From the NCBI GenBank assembly GCA_051942245.1, contig JAVECL010000048.1, forward strand, positions 1 to 64,000: DNA of 64,000 bases. The letters are read 5' to 3'. Below the pieces are notes generated by a model, which was not told where the DNA came from, searched no databases, and saw only the letters and a program-made list of their open reading frames with translations. This DNA comes from Trypethelium eluteriae. Its lineage: Eukaryota. The position numbers and the translations under genes are program-made. This document shows, piece by piece, positions 24,508-36,432 of the stretch (position 1 is the first letter of the stretch; every line of letters starts with the position of its first letter).

Positions 24508-24907
24508 CTTGATGGTAGATAGTTAACGAATAGTCTAGCACTGCTGGAATTGCGAAGTCAAGGTAATGGAAAGGCAACCTTCAAGTAACCAGAAAACCCA
24601 ATTTGAACCACTAGACCTTGCCTTAGCGTGCTTTTAATAGGCAGCACTCGCCACACTCCTCACTTTCATGGTCTGATTCATTCAATTTCTATCTGACGTG
24701 CGTTCTACGCGCCATGTTCACCTAAACCGGCTACCGCGTGGTATCAACACTGTGATTAACACAAGCGAAGAGATGTGACATTCGTCTTATATGCTTTACA
24801 GAGAATGGTCTATTGAGCATCACATTAGACCATGTCTCAAAGCCGAGGTATCCAAAGTTAGATTCGTACCGTTTCGATCGAACGCTGCCTACAAGTGTGA
24901 TAGTCTT

Positions 24908-26318
24908 TCATGATACAGGCGAGCCCGCGATTTTTCGCTCTTGCAAGCGGGCGTCCGAAGGCCAGCATTTTAGAGCATACGAAGTCAGCGCAGAAGCATC
25001 CTTGACACGACCTTCTTCCTCCAGACGTTGGATTGCAGCAATAACTCTCTCATCCAGTCCAGACCCGTGTGCCATCGTCTTTAAATTTTGCCGGATAGAC
25101 ACATTGAGAACACGGTAAATGTTGTCATCCAAATCCTGGTACTGCACAAAGGGTAACAAAGTTCTCACGGCTCTCTCGGCTAACTCTGTACTGATTTGGG
25201 GGTGCTCCTTGGAAGACTGCTTCAGCCTGTCAAGTGACTGACCCAAGGCCACCGGGAACTCTTCAGAGGCCGGTTCCACAGCAATCAGAGGTAGTCTAAA
25301 TAGGCAGACTGCACAGGAAAGTGTTTCCGGACAATGGGTTTGGAGCATATGTTGGACATGGCGGAGAATGTTCAGGGCAGGGGGAGACTGCTCGAATTCG
25401 GAGAACATGTCGAAGAGCTTTTCTGCTAGCGCTGCATCGTTGTCGAATTCCTTCATGGCTGTATCAAAGACTGTGATGGGGATAGCACCAGTAAGTGCTG
25501 GAGAAGATGTAAGCTTCTGCAACGCCGTTTGGTCAACTGATTCGTCGTTCGCAAGCTTGGGGTTGACATCTTCGGCCGTAATGTCAGGCAAGGCAATCTT
25601 ATCAGCATGTGATTCGTCTAGAGAAGACTCTTCAACCTTGGACTCCTGTGGATGATCCAAGCCCATGATTTGCTGTCGCGCTGCAATTTTTGCAACGTAA
25701 ATCATTTCGAGTTTTGCATATCCTAGCCATAGCGCCTTTGACCTCTTGCAGAATCGTAGGCCACGTTGCATATAGGCTCTGGCCACTCGCATGTCCGCCT
25801 GATCCTCCATCGCGTAGTGGGCAGCGTATATCCAGAGCTCTGGTTTTGTGGGATGTAAGCTCAGTACTGTCGAGATGATCCTCCTCAATTTCTTGTGCGA
25901 TTTTTCTTTCCTGGCAAACTCCATGTACTGCATCCATAGCCCAAGATCTCCTTGGAACTTGCGCGTGCCCCGATCTAAGACAAAGAATATACGACGTGAT
26001 CCTGCGTAGCTCTTGGACTTGATGCTCATACGTTTGACTCGCTTGCGCCGAAGCGTCTCTAGATTCATCTCATATTCTGCATAGCGTGCATAGTCGGCAG
26101 GTTTGGAGCCTCTGGCGTTGAGGACATGTTCGAAATCAGAACGCTTCTTTGCAATGGACGAAACTTCTTCCTTGAGTTTGGAATTTAGTCCTATCTCACA
26201 GGTCGAGGATTCTTGATCAGAAACATACCTTCGAAAATATCTTTTTCCTCTCCAAATCCTGCAATTCCGGAACCGACTGCTCAAGATAAAAGCGTGCTTT
26301 ATCGCTTGCGCCGGCCAT
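24908..26318 (-). CDS. UTP6: U3 snoRNP / SSU processome protein Utp6
   Basis: MAGASDKARFYLEQSVPEL...IFSK|EEVSSIAKKRSDFEH, YAEYEMNLE, LHPTKPELWIYAA, ARAYMQRGLRFC; intron 26171-26228. Confidence 0.92.
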
Positions 26319-26382
26319 TGTGGGGTGGCGTCTTTGTCGGACATCACACTCCCAAAGATGCGGAAAATTCACCAAAACGCGC

Positions 26383-26394
26383 TATCACGTGATA
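26383..26394. promoter_or_regulatory. Palindromic E-box (TATCACGTGATA) in the UTP6 / nucleoporin divergent promoter
   Basis: Perfect 12-bp palindrome with CACGTG core 65 nt upstream of the UTP6 ATG; typical bHLH site. Confidence 0.4.
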
Positions 26395-26746
26395 TAGAAT
26401 TTCCCATTCACTTTCTTACCAGTTGAGCAAGGTTGGCACTCTTTGTTTACACATCTCTTGAACTACTGTGCACGCCTTAGAAACAATCGTCGTGTCGCAG
26501 GACTTGTTTGCATTGTTTCAGACGCTTCTAATCGACCTACACCTATCCGTGCTCGCGTTTCCTCGACTTACCAGATGACCTCACCCTCAGTCCCTACCTA
26601 ACTGGTGGCAAGTCTTTCTCGCTTGTGTATCCTTTAGGAATCTTCACATGATACCTGGCGGTCGAGTTTGACAGTTCGGCTCCATTGTGGGTGGTGTTGT
26701 TGGCAAGACGTGAGTGGTCTTGCATGCTCCCCATCCCACGACAGGT

Positions 26747-28780
26747 ATGGCTATCTGCAAATTCTGGCAAGAAGGCAGATGTAAATTCGGCGGTTTGTCA
26801 TCTACTTGCTTCTGCAATAAGATTGATGGCTAAAGTCGACCAAAGACTCTTGCAGATACGAGCATCCCGCTCAACATAGCCAAAGCTTTTCCAACAACAA
26901 TCGCATTAATAATCGATATGCGAACGAGCATGTTGGCGACAAGTATAGTGCCGGTAGCGCTGCCAGAGATCGCGGACGAGGTGAATCGCCCTTTTCTTCA
27001 GCTTGACGCAGATCATCTCTGATCTGATGTTCCTGCCCTTCCCCTGCGATCACACCTCCCCTGAACCTCACATAATCCTTACTAGGGGATCTGAAACTTT
27101 TTAAAACGTATCGTCATGATTCGCTTGCTAATGTGTTGATCAGGACGTAGTGGCTTCACTAGGTAGGTAATTCTCTAAACTGCAACGAGTCCGACACTGA
27201 CAAAATTGCAAGCAACCGTTATGATATTGAAGAAGAGGATATCTACGAGGATTTACTAAACAGTCGACCCGAATGGCCATTCTCAGCATATGCTCCTGGC
27301 AAAAATGCCCCTCGGCAGCTTTTCGGGGGCTTCCCGATTGAACAGAGTCCAGAAGAAATCCGACTTCTTCACTATCGCGGCGCAGCTTCTGGACAAATGC
27401 AACAGGCCGTTGGTTTAATTCCAATGCTTTTGGTGAATTGACTAACTTCAGGAGCAGGAACGAGATATAGGAAATCTCAAGTTCGAAATTGATCAACAAA
27501 TTGATCGTATCGTGACAGACACACGGGGAGCGGTTCGGTATGTACTGGGCGGTGAAAAGGAGCACCCAAATCGAATCGATATTTGTGACGAGAACAGCGC
27601 TCCAAGCCAGCGTAAGGAACCACAGACCAGCCAGAATCCATTTCTTCGTGGTCCACAGACGAGTTCAACATTTGGCCAACCTTCAGCTTCTGGTACAAGC
27701 GCTCCGAAAACCGGGTTTGGCGCTCCTAGCTTTGGCCAGCCTTCCACTTCGGCTCAAGCACCTAACCCTTTCTCGAGACCATCTCCATTTGCTCCATCAG
27801 CGCCATTTGGACAGCCGTCAAATTCGGGACAAGGTTCATCATTCGGTCAGCCATCCGCACTGGGACAAGACTCGACTTTCGGAAAGCCATCTCAATTTGG
27901 CAAGCCATCAGCCTTTGGCCAGCCATCCGCACTGGGACAAGATTCGACTTTCGGAAAGCCATCATTTGGCCAGCCGTCGTCCTCTAGCCAATCATCAGCA
28001 TTAGGGCAGCCATCATCTTTCGGAAAGCCCTCGTTTGGCCAGCCCTCATTTGGCCAGCCCTCGTTTGGGCAACCTTCAGCCTTACAGCAGGCATCGGCGT
28101 TCGGCAAGCCTTCAGCATTCAAGTCTACAGCTTCTCCATTTGCGGAAGCCAACCAATCTGCACAGAAGCCATCCCCTTTTGCACGAGCGGGAACTGGGAC
28201 AAGTCTCGTCGGCGGTTCTGGCGGCGGCTCCGGTCAGCCATCATCAACATCTATCAACCCCTTTCAATCAAATGCCCAGCTCTCCGCTCAAAGTACTTCC
28301 GCGCCAGAGACTTCCATGACTGACGGCCAAATGCAGAGTAGTACTTCGAAACCATCCTACCCCTTCAACTCTTTTAGCGCAGCAAACTTTACTCTACCCA
28401 TGACCTATGGCGGCGTCGTTACTCATACAGTTGGTACTGGTGATGAAGCTCGGGCTGGATCTCAGGATCCGACGAAGTATAGTACAAGGGATACGACCGG
28501 TAGGCTTCTTACTTGGAAAGGTAAACCCGTGGTGTACCAGGGGTCGGACGTCTTTTACAAGCGCCCCGATGATGGGACATTGGAGCGTATTTGGTTCCCT
28601 GATGGTCCGCCGCGTCTGCCCCAGGACCGCAATCAGACAGAAGGCCCGCCAGAAGACTACGCTGCAAATAAACAGGAACTGGAAAAAGCATACCAATACG
28701 TGCGAGAGCATGATCGATTCGAGGATAGTGTGATGCCTGAAGAACCACCCTTGACGGAATGGCGTCGGTACGATCTTTAG
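26747..28780 (+). CDS. Amo1/Nup42(CG1)-like FG nucleoporin with N-terminal CCCH zinc finger
   Basis: MAICKFWQEGRCKFG|DSCRYEHP (CCCH split by intron 26793-26845), 19-nt microexon, RPEWPFSAYAPG, EQSPEEIRL, many FGQPS/FGKPS repeats, C-terminal ERIWFPDGPP...MPEEPP..EW. Confidence 0.85.
27848..28110 (+). repeat. FG-repeat coding array including a near-exact 72-nt-offset duplication
   Basis: CAGCCATCCGCACTGGGACAAGA(C/T)TCGACTTTCGGAAAGCCATC at ~27848 and ~27920; 15-nt FGQPS units at ~28025-28075. Confidence 0.8.
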
Positions 28781-31001
28781 AAGGCACGCGACGGCTCAGA
28801 AACAGCGATGGCGTTGTGGAAACAGCGTGAGAGGCTTTCTTCGATTTGGGCTGATCATGGGACGGGCTTTCGGATGCATTCAGATGGTGTAGGAGTACGC
28901 CGAGGTTACACTTGAGAGTGCACTTTCGTGTCAGGATTAGGGCGATGACAACATGGAGTTGGGGTTCAAAGGAGTTGCATCGAAACGGATAAGAGGTCAA
29001 TCGAACACTTTGCTTACGGGGTAGAGCTTAGTCCCCCCGCCGTAGTCAAGAGGTAGGGCTTTGCTCCACCCTCTCATGTTATCTGCAAGAGTAGCAATGG
29101 CAGGCCATACGGGCCTTGATATCACACTCACCTCGCAATAAGATGTTCGTGACAGCTGTGCAATAATGCCTTGTGATTATTGTCAATCAGAACATCATAC
29201 AAAATACTGGATCACGAAAACTTAGACAAACTGTCAACATCCCGATATGACTAGGTAAGTAGAGGTTTCATTGCACGAATTAGAGGAGAAAGTACTTTTG
29301 TGATTCAAAGGTGATTCGATAAGCCAGAATCCCACTTACCTTGCAATTTTTCCCTGAATCGGGAACCTTCCAAAATCGTCATGGAAGATTGGTCGTTAGT
29401 CTTCGTTACATTTCATGACGAGGAAAATCCTTCGGAGTATGCCCCATGATATCGGGGACAATATTACCACAAGCAACCACTTTGACGCCTGGACCTTGCA
29501 TTGGATTGAGCTCTTGACTTTCTGCTGTTATCTCCGGGGGGCGCTGTCGTATACTGTGGTTTCTGTCCACTCGGCTGCTGAGGCTTTACACCAGTCATGA
29601 AGGCTGCGAAACCACCTTGCGACCCCTGCCGCTGGCCCGAAGGTCTTCGCTCCGGCGAACCGCTCTTCGGGCTCCGCGGTGGCGATTCAGGTGGCCTTCG
29701 AGAAGGCTCGTCCCATCTTATGCGGGTTGCTGCGGAGAACGGACCTCTGAAGGGCAGTTGACTGTACCTATGGCGCAACTTTTTGGGGAGGAAAGTGTGC
29801 CCGACAGGACTATATGGGGGTGATGGTGGCGATGGTGGACGCGTTTCCACCGGTCCCCTGTGGCATGGTGGGTGTTCAAGACAGTTCAGCAACCTACCTT
29901 GACAGTTTCCTCTCATAATGGAGGCTGACTGCGACGAAACCCAGACACAGAGCCAAGAAGAACAATCGAAGGCCTACTATCAAACCAGTTGAGAGCTGCA
30001 AGACCCAGAAATGTCTTTCTGAGCGGCGTGCAAAGGGGAAGTGATCCAAATTCACAAATGACATGATGTTCGATTTAAAGCGTTATTTTGCGGCCTGTAG
30101 CATGTGAAGCTGGGAGATCCTTTGTTGGCCAACAAAGTGCCCATGCCACGGGTACGAAGTTCAGGCGAGAAAAGAGAACAAACATCAATATCTGTCTTTG
30201 TGAATGTCGAGTAAGGCGGTGAAAGAAGACCAATAGGACAAGGCGGAACTTAAAATCAGGGATCGATTGATCCGAGTGCTTTCTATCAACAAAGGGCGAC
30301 AACGAAACTAAGATTTGAAGCCATGGACAGCAAGGGTTGTACGCGATGATGCTATGAGCCTCGTGGCGGCTTTAGTACCCGGCGACGACTTCTGTAGTGC
30401 TCGAAAATAGTGATAGGGCTTCACAATGACCTTGATGAAGGCTGCTCGACAGCGTTAGAGTTGTAGTGGTGATGGAACTCGAAGAATAGCCCACCTGAGT
30501 ATTACGAGTGACGAGGGACTGCCTCAGAAGCCGCCATAAGCAATCAGTGTGCTTTGCTTACAACCTTACAGTCGCTGACCTTGGAAGAAGTAATAGGGGG
30601 TACCTCGTATGCGTACCCGAACAACGAGAGGTGTAGAGGCTTATTAATAAGGTAGGTAAGATGATTTGGGATAACCCGATTGGGGAAGGCTTAATTTGTA
30701 ACCCTAGGGTATATTAGCCAAGCCTGCGGACCATCAAGGTTCGACGTTCTCCTCCCCAACCCTTGCTTTTGCATCGAGGATTTACTTCTCTGCAGAACAT
30801 GCTGGACTTTATCTACATAGTCACCGGAATGCTGCTCTCACCGGAATCCCACTGTCGGGGGCCTCGAGAGCGCATGACCGCCTTCAGCCAGCATAGTAAT
30901 GAGCCATCTGTGGGACGAGAACTTTATATATACCTTGTGGACTTGAAAGATCGATTGGCGATACGCGAAGCTTGAAGTCGGATGAGCTTGACCGTTCAAT
31001 C

Positions 31002-32249
31002 ATGCCTGATCAAATGGGTTGGTACCTTTGCACGTTGTTGATTTTCTATGGCGTCCAAGTTCAAGGCCAATTTGTGAATAACGTCACCGTTTTCATTCCG
31101 TACGAATACACGTATCTTCTGCCTTCAGGCTTCTTGGGAAATCTAGACTCTACATTTGTTAACAGCACAACAACTAGTAATGATTCGATCAACTCCTTGC
31201 TGTACTCGGCTTCGCAATCTCCGTTCATTGCATACGATCGAGAATTCTTGGACATTCTAGGTCCTAATCCCACCGCACAGTTGATCGAGCAGCGTTCTTC
31301 AGACGATGATTTTGCCTACGAAGCCGGCATCTGGGTCCCCGAGAGACATGAGGTGTGGTTTACACCTTCTCCGCAACAGGCAACGAGGATTCCCTCCACT
31401 ATTTATGCCTTCAATCTAGATACACAGAGCGTCTCACCCCTAGAACCCTCTGAGCCTGCCATTGATGTCACTGGTGGCACTTATTTCGAAGGCAAAGTGT
31501 ATTTTTCCACGTACCGGAATCAGCAAAACTACCGTGGGGGCATCATATCCATTGACGCGAATACCCTACATGTGGAGAGCGTACTGAACTCTCACTTTGG
31601 CTTACGTTTCAACGGCATCGACGATATTGCTTGGGCTGTTCGGGGAAACAACCAGTACATGTTCTTCACCGACTTTGATTATACCCGTTACATTTACAGC
31701 AACCTCACGCCTGCACAAATGCCATCAAACGTCTGGAGATGGGATGCGTCAGCTCAAGTTCTGCTGCCTGTAATAGGACGCAATGATATCAATCCAAATG
31801 GTATTCGTGTCAGTCCTGATCAATCCATGCTGTACGTCACAGACACCGATGCCGTAAGCGATACCACGTCTCCTTTGTCGGTTGGCACTGCGGCTGCATC
31901 CTGGCTGGGTCCCTATATTTATGCCTGGGATCTCGATAAGAATATGTTCCCGGTCAACAAACGCCTGTTTGGCATGGTACGGTTCGGCATCGCAGACGGC
32001 CTACATGTCGATGATGCTGGAAGGGTTTGGACGGCAGAAGGTGAAGGCGTCGTTGTCAGAAACCCGCAAGGCAAGGTACTCGGAATGTTCAATGGTCAAT
32101 ACTTTCAGGCGGACAAAAGAGGCGATGCGGTCCCGATCGCCAATTTTGCACTGGCAGGAGATACGTTGGTCATTCTCTCGACTACAAGATTATGGACCGT
32201 AAAGTTAGGCCAGGCTGTTGTGAGCAGTACCAGCGCGGTTGTAAACTGA
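31002..32249 (+). CDS. Secreted SMP-30/gluconolactonase (lactonohydrolase) beta-propeller
   Basis: Signal-peptide-like N-terminus (ATG 31002 or 31014); FAYEAGIWVP, FGLRFNGIDD, PNGIRVSPD, LYVTD, GIADGLHVDDAGRVWTA; intronless. Confidence 0.85.
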   Translation: MPDQMGWYLCTLLIFYGVQVQGQFVNNVTVFIPYEYTYLLPSGFLGNLDSTFVNSTTTSNDSINSLLYSASQSPFIAYDREFLDILGPNPTAQLIEQRSSDDDFAYEAGIWVPERHEVWFTPSPQQATRIPSTIYAFNLDTQSVSPLEPSEPAIDVTGGTYFEGKVYFSTYRNQQNYRGGIISIDANTLHVESVLNSHFGLRFNGIDDIAWAVRGNNQYMFFTDFDYTRYIYSNLTPAQMPSNVWRWDASAQVLLPVIGRNDINPNGIRVSPDQSMLYVTDTDAVSDTTSPLSVGTAAASWLGPYIYAWDLDKNMFPVNKRLFGMVRFGIADGLHVDDAGRVWTAEGEGVVVRNPQGKVLGMFNGQYFQADKRGDAVPIANFALAGDTLVILSTTRLWTVKLGQAVVSSTSAVVN

Positions 32250-32704
32250 TCTTTTGAGGGCGCTTCACCAAGTACCGAAGATCAGGTTGTTTTGCAGCAC
32301 AGCAGCTCAGTTAGTCTTGGGATGCATTAATTTAAGAAAAATGAATACACCGTCAAGGCGCATCCGATGGTCGGCGCAATATATTTCCCGAGAGGTCCTT
32401 TAGAGGTTCTCACAGGAATAATAAGGGCGCTGGTCAAAACATTCGTGATCGTTTACGCCGGCCATCCGATGTATACTGGTTGTGTAGGTGTTGTATTCTC
32501 AGTAGCTTTTCAGAGATTGCCTACTAGTATCCAAGACCGCATCGAACGTAATTCATTCGTTCGCTTTGAAAGTGATGTCACCTCCCTCGATATGCCAAAT
32601 GCTGTTGCGGTGAGCCTTATGAGGCTCTGGGATTTAGGATGAAAATCCTACCTTCTTTTTAACTTTTGTCCCCAACTATTCACTCTCTCTTCGATAGTGG
32701 AAAC

Positions 32705-33710
32705 ATGTCTAGAAGAACAAAGTACTTGGACTTGATCAAAAATTGCGATAGGTCATTCCAAATTTGCATCTGTCTACTACAGGCCTACGTGAACTGATCG
32801 CTCGTGCAGTTCCCCGGAAGATGATGGTAAACTTTACTCAAGTTTCTACAAGCTCTTGCTCCCTGATGACCCCCGTGCCCACGGATTCATGCTCCCTTCG
32901 ACAGTGCGGAAGATGCCATGGACGTCGGATTTCGCCATCGACCACATCGCGCGAAGAGTCCAAGTACTCAATACCGGAAGCGATCTATCAAACGCCTCCA
33001 TCTCAGCCTTCCAAAAACTCATCGACTCAGCCATAGACCAGGACATCTTCTCCATTCTCCATGGCCAGCATAGCGAGATGTACCGCATCATCGGAGCCAA
33101 TTATCCCGTCCGCCTCGAGCGCTTCGCCTCCTCGCTGTTCGGCATCATCTCACGCGGCGCGCACCTAACGGCTTACACCTGCTCAGCCTCCGGCGACATC
33201 CGGATCTGGGTCCCGCGGAGGAGCGCACACATGTTCACTTATCCGGGAATGCTGGACTCGACGGTTGCTGGCGGGGTCAAGGCCGAGGACTCACCCTTTG
33301 ACTGCATCGTTCATGAGGCGGACGAAGAGGCGTCGTTGCCCGAGGAGCTGGTGCGTAGGGACGCGAAGTCCTGCGGCGTCTTGACGTACATGGGTATGAG
33401 CGACCCTGGCTCTGGAGGTGAGCAGGGGCTCGTCTGTCCGGATCTGATTTATGCCTTCGATATCGAGCTCGGAGATGGGGTGGTCCCTAAACCACGGGAC
33501 GATGAGGTGCAAGAATTTTATCTGTGGGATGTGGAGCAGGTCAAGAAGGCGATGTTTCGCGCAGAGTTCAAACCCAATTGCGCGCTCGTCATGATAGATT
33601 TCTTCATTCGTCATGGAATCATTAGAGAAGATAATGAAGAGGACTTTGTCGAGATCGCTACGAGGCTTCACCGGAAACTGCCAATCGCTACTGCTCCATC
33701 TAAGGGCTAA
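32705..33710 (+). CDS. Nudix hydrolase (YJR142W / thiamine-pyrophosphate-related type)
   Basis: ERFASSLFGIISRGAHLT, IWVPRRS, TYPGMLDSTVAGG, Nudix box HEADEEASL, FKPNCALVMIDFFIRHG; short exon 1 from ATG 32705, intron 32752-32809. Confidence 0.88.
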
Positions 33711-33884
33711 GAGATATGGGCTATGATCCTCGCGCTAATGGTGCTTGCTATTGGCGATGATTCAACATTCACAATGACTGAGTAGGAGAAAAATAGATCA
33801 AAGTTTTCAAACTACGAATAATACCTGGTTACTCTTCGATCAAGACGATGGTCAGAATAGCAATCACTACTGCGAACCCTGGGA

Positions 33885-35408
33885 TCACCCTTCTTCACTC
33901 CAGTCCTCATTATGCTCGAAGTACTGGGGCTTTCTATGGTCCAACCAAGCTCGAGGCTGACCCGCTGGAAGGGGATTCCAGCCCTTGGGTGGTCGGAAGG
34001 TAGGCGGCATGGCCCTGTCCGGATGTGCATGCCGGAAATCTGCCAGAAAGTCCTCTGCATATCCGATCCGCTCCCAAGAAAGCCAGTTCTGGTCGTCGTC
34101 GCGATCGGCCGGCTCGCCCAACCACTTGACAAAGAACTCGTACTTCCCACGCTCATATCGGCGGGAATCCAAGATCTCTTCGACGAGGTAGCAACTCCCA
34201 TCTTTTGCCCGTGCAGTTTTCTTCTTCTGAGAGGAGATATCGTGAGCTGTCTCTCCTTCGCGTGTGGCATCGTCAGGCTTTGCTTGTTTTGTGCTCTGTC
34301 TTGTGATGGGACTATCTTTGCGCCGCTTGCGTTGTAATTTGTCGTTCTCGCTTTGAACTTCGGCTTCGCGCTGGTGTTTGGCCACCGTCTTTCTTGGCGT
34401 CGCTGGGCCTGATAGTGAGGGCGCGGTCTGCCGTTGCTGTGTACTCGTGCGTTCGGAGGTCCTACGGTCGAGAAGCCTACGAGAAGGCGGTTGGTGATTC
34501 TCCTGTGAAGTTCCAGAAGCTGTGCTGTGGTCACTTTCCGCTTGTTCTTGAGCTTCTGATCTTTCCCTTGCAAACACGGGTCGATGCTCTGCGATGCGTG
34601 AAGAACATTGGCCCAAGTCCCCCTCCGTACTACTCGCCGGACCAACTGCTGACAGGCTGTCCGCAGTCTCACCAAACTGGGCCTCATCAGCATACCGCGG
34701 TGATCCAACCGTCCAGGCTTCGTCATTGGTCTCGGCAGTAGGTGCTTGAGTGCCACCCCGGCAATACCCAAAGATCAACCCAACGCAAGGCTCAAGACCT
34801 CCTATTGTGGTAGGCACGGCAACTGGAGCCCTTCCAACTTCGTAATTCGTGCGTCTGACAGCACCCCGGCGAAACGGAGCCCTCCACGGTCGTTGGTATA
34901 GCTGGAAGGGGAACCGTGCCGGCTTTTGGCAACCTGCGCATTCTCTAACTTCGTCCGTAGATGCTGCCAATTTTCCGCACCAACATGGTAGAGTCGCATT
35001 GACAGGCACTTCGTCGAAGAAAGGCGAGCCTGCTCGCCTCATGATGTCCTGACGCTTGAGAGTTGCAACTCTCTCAAGATCTGCCCATCGATGCTCTGGG
35101 CAGACCATTTCTTCTGTGAAGGCCGTGCAGGTACACCAGGTCTCGCCGTACTCCATAGAATTTTTCCAGAAATCAGCATGCTCGGAACACAACGGCATTA
35201 ATGCCCCGGATTCGTAGACTTCCTGAACCGAAGGACTACTGTAGAGTCTTGGAACGAAGATAAACTCACAGTCCCTGCAGCAGTGATGCTCCGGTGTGTT
35301 TTCCAAAGTACGGCAGCGAAGGACTTCGAGAGAATGGTTAGCCCTGCGATAGCAGCACTCCAGACGGAGTGTAGCGGCGGTAGCTTGCATTTCGCTTTGC
35401 TCTGCCAT
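33885..35408 (-). CDS. Orphan protein: Cys/His-rich N-terminus, basic linker, C-terminal chromodomain (507 aa)
   Basis: Uninterrupted ORF; YLVEEILDSRR..GKYEFFVKWLG...NWLSWERI...FLADFRHAHPDR is a chromodomain pattern; TATATAA at ~35512-35518 upstream of ATG 35408. Confidence 0.7.
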   Translation of the reverse strand: MAEQSEMQATAATLRLECCYRRANHSLEVLRCRTLENTPEHHCCRDCEFIFVPRLYSSPSVQEVYESGALMPLCSEHADFWKNSMEYGETWCTCTAFTEEMVCPEHRWADLERVATLKRQDIMRRAGSPFFDEVPVNATLPCWCGKLAASTDEVRECAGCQKPARFPFQLYQRPWRAPFRRGAVRRTNYEVGRAPVAVPTTIGGLEPCVGLIFGYCRGGTQAPTAETNDEAWTVGSPRYADEAQFGETADSLSAVGPASSTEGDLGQCSSRIAEHRPVFARERSEAQEQAESDHSTASGTSQENHQPPSRRLLDRRTSERTSTQQRQTAPSLSGPATPRKTVAKHQREAEVQSENDKLQRKRRKDSPITRQSTKQAKPDDATREGETAHDISSQKKKTARAKDGSCYLVEEILDSRRYERGKYEFFVKWLGEPADRDDDQNWLSWERIGYAEDFLADFRHAHPDRAMPPTFRPPKGWNPLPAGQPRAWLDHRKPQYFEHNEDWSEEG

Positions 35409-35542
35409 GGTAGTCGATATAGTAACTACAACGTTCGTAGAGGTTCCAATAAAAGCTTTGGTAGGAAGATTGGGTGTAAGATGATGGACTAAGTGGTTAA
35501 AATGTCTCACCTTATATAGATGAGAGATTGCACTCCATCGCG

Positions 35543-35563
35543 ATATATATATATATATATATA
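35543..35563. repeat. (AT)10 microsatellite
   Basis: atatatatatatatatatata. Confidence 0.9.
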
Positions 35564-36432
35564 GATAGAAAATGCGTGAAACCATGACTGTCTCCGCCGT
35601 GACTCTGGCCAGTATGATTGTGAGAGACGAGTACGCATGTGCTTAGCCATTGGCATCGACCGAATGGAGGTTTTTGGTCTCGTAGTTGCATATTCCCCAA
35701 ATATCCGTGATCGTCTCGTCATCGTGATGATGGGAGAAGGATGCATGGCGTCCCTCGTGGGGATCGAAATGGTTACAGACCGAAAGAAAATCAAGCAGGT
35801 CCCTGCTGTACAAGAGTGTGATAGAAAGAGACCGGAAGGATGTCGAGAGTAACGTATGACTCTGAAAAATTGGTGTGATCCTGGCGACCGCCTTTGTTCT
35901 GGTCCACTTTCCCTCAGCAAGTTTCACACCTGCGGGACCAGTCTTCAAGGTCGCTTCAATCATTTGAGATGACGTTGACAACGGCTCAATTCGAACGATG
36001 CGGGCTTGTTTGGAATAGATCGATGCTTCACGTCTTTCCGTGAGGTTCCGCAATATCAAGTCTGCCCCTAGAACTTCTGGAGAGATTGATGACAAGATCA
36101 CGTATGCGTTGTGGCATACCAAAACCTTGAACACAGGAAAAGGCAATGGTGGAGACGATCAAGCTCAGCCTGGACCCAACCAGCAAACTATTACCCAGGC
36201 CCGCGGGACAGCTGGCAGTGCTAATCGTCGAAGATATCAGTCGGAAAGAACTTTTTTTCGCCCCTTTCTAGGTCTGAGGTCTTACTTACGGAACATTGAT
36301 TTAAAAACTTCCACAGAGGTTAGCCAGTCCGGCCAGCCAAACCTCTTTCTAAATTGATCAAAACTATGTAAAAGTCAATAAGGGATCCAACCCAACGATC
36401 AGCACAACTTGTCGCGAATAGTGAGAAAAGAC

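Noticed and set aside
26981..27143. Possible C/D-box snoRNA in nucleoporin intron 2 (several CTGA motifs)
   Set aside because: No convincing RTGATGA C box, terminal stem or recognisable rRNA guide.
27700..28110. Short regularly spaced repeats resembling a CRISPR-like array
   Set aside because: They encode nucleoporin FG repeats, vary at synonymous positions and have no unique spacers.
29415..30302. Pro/Arg-rich ORFs in the intergenic region
   Set aside because: Low complexity with no family signature; cannot support a gene.
33812..34771. 319-aa alternate-frame ORF overlapping the first chromodomain gene
   Set aside because: No motifs and no ATG at its annotated start; probably a by-product of low-complexity coding sequence.
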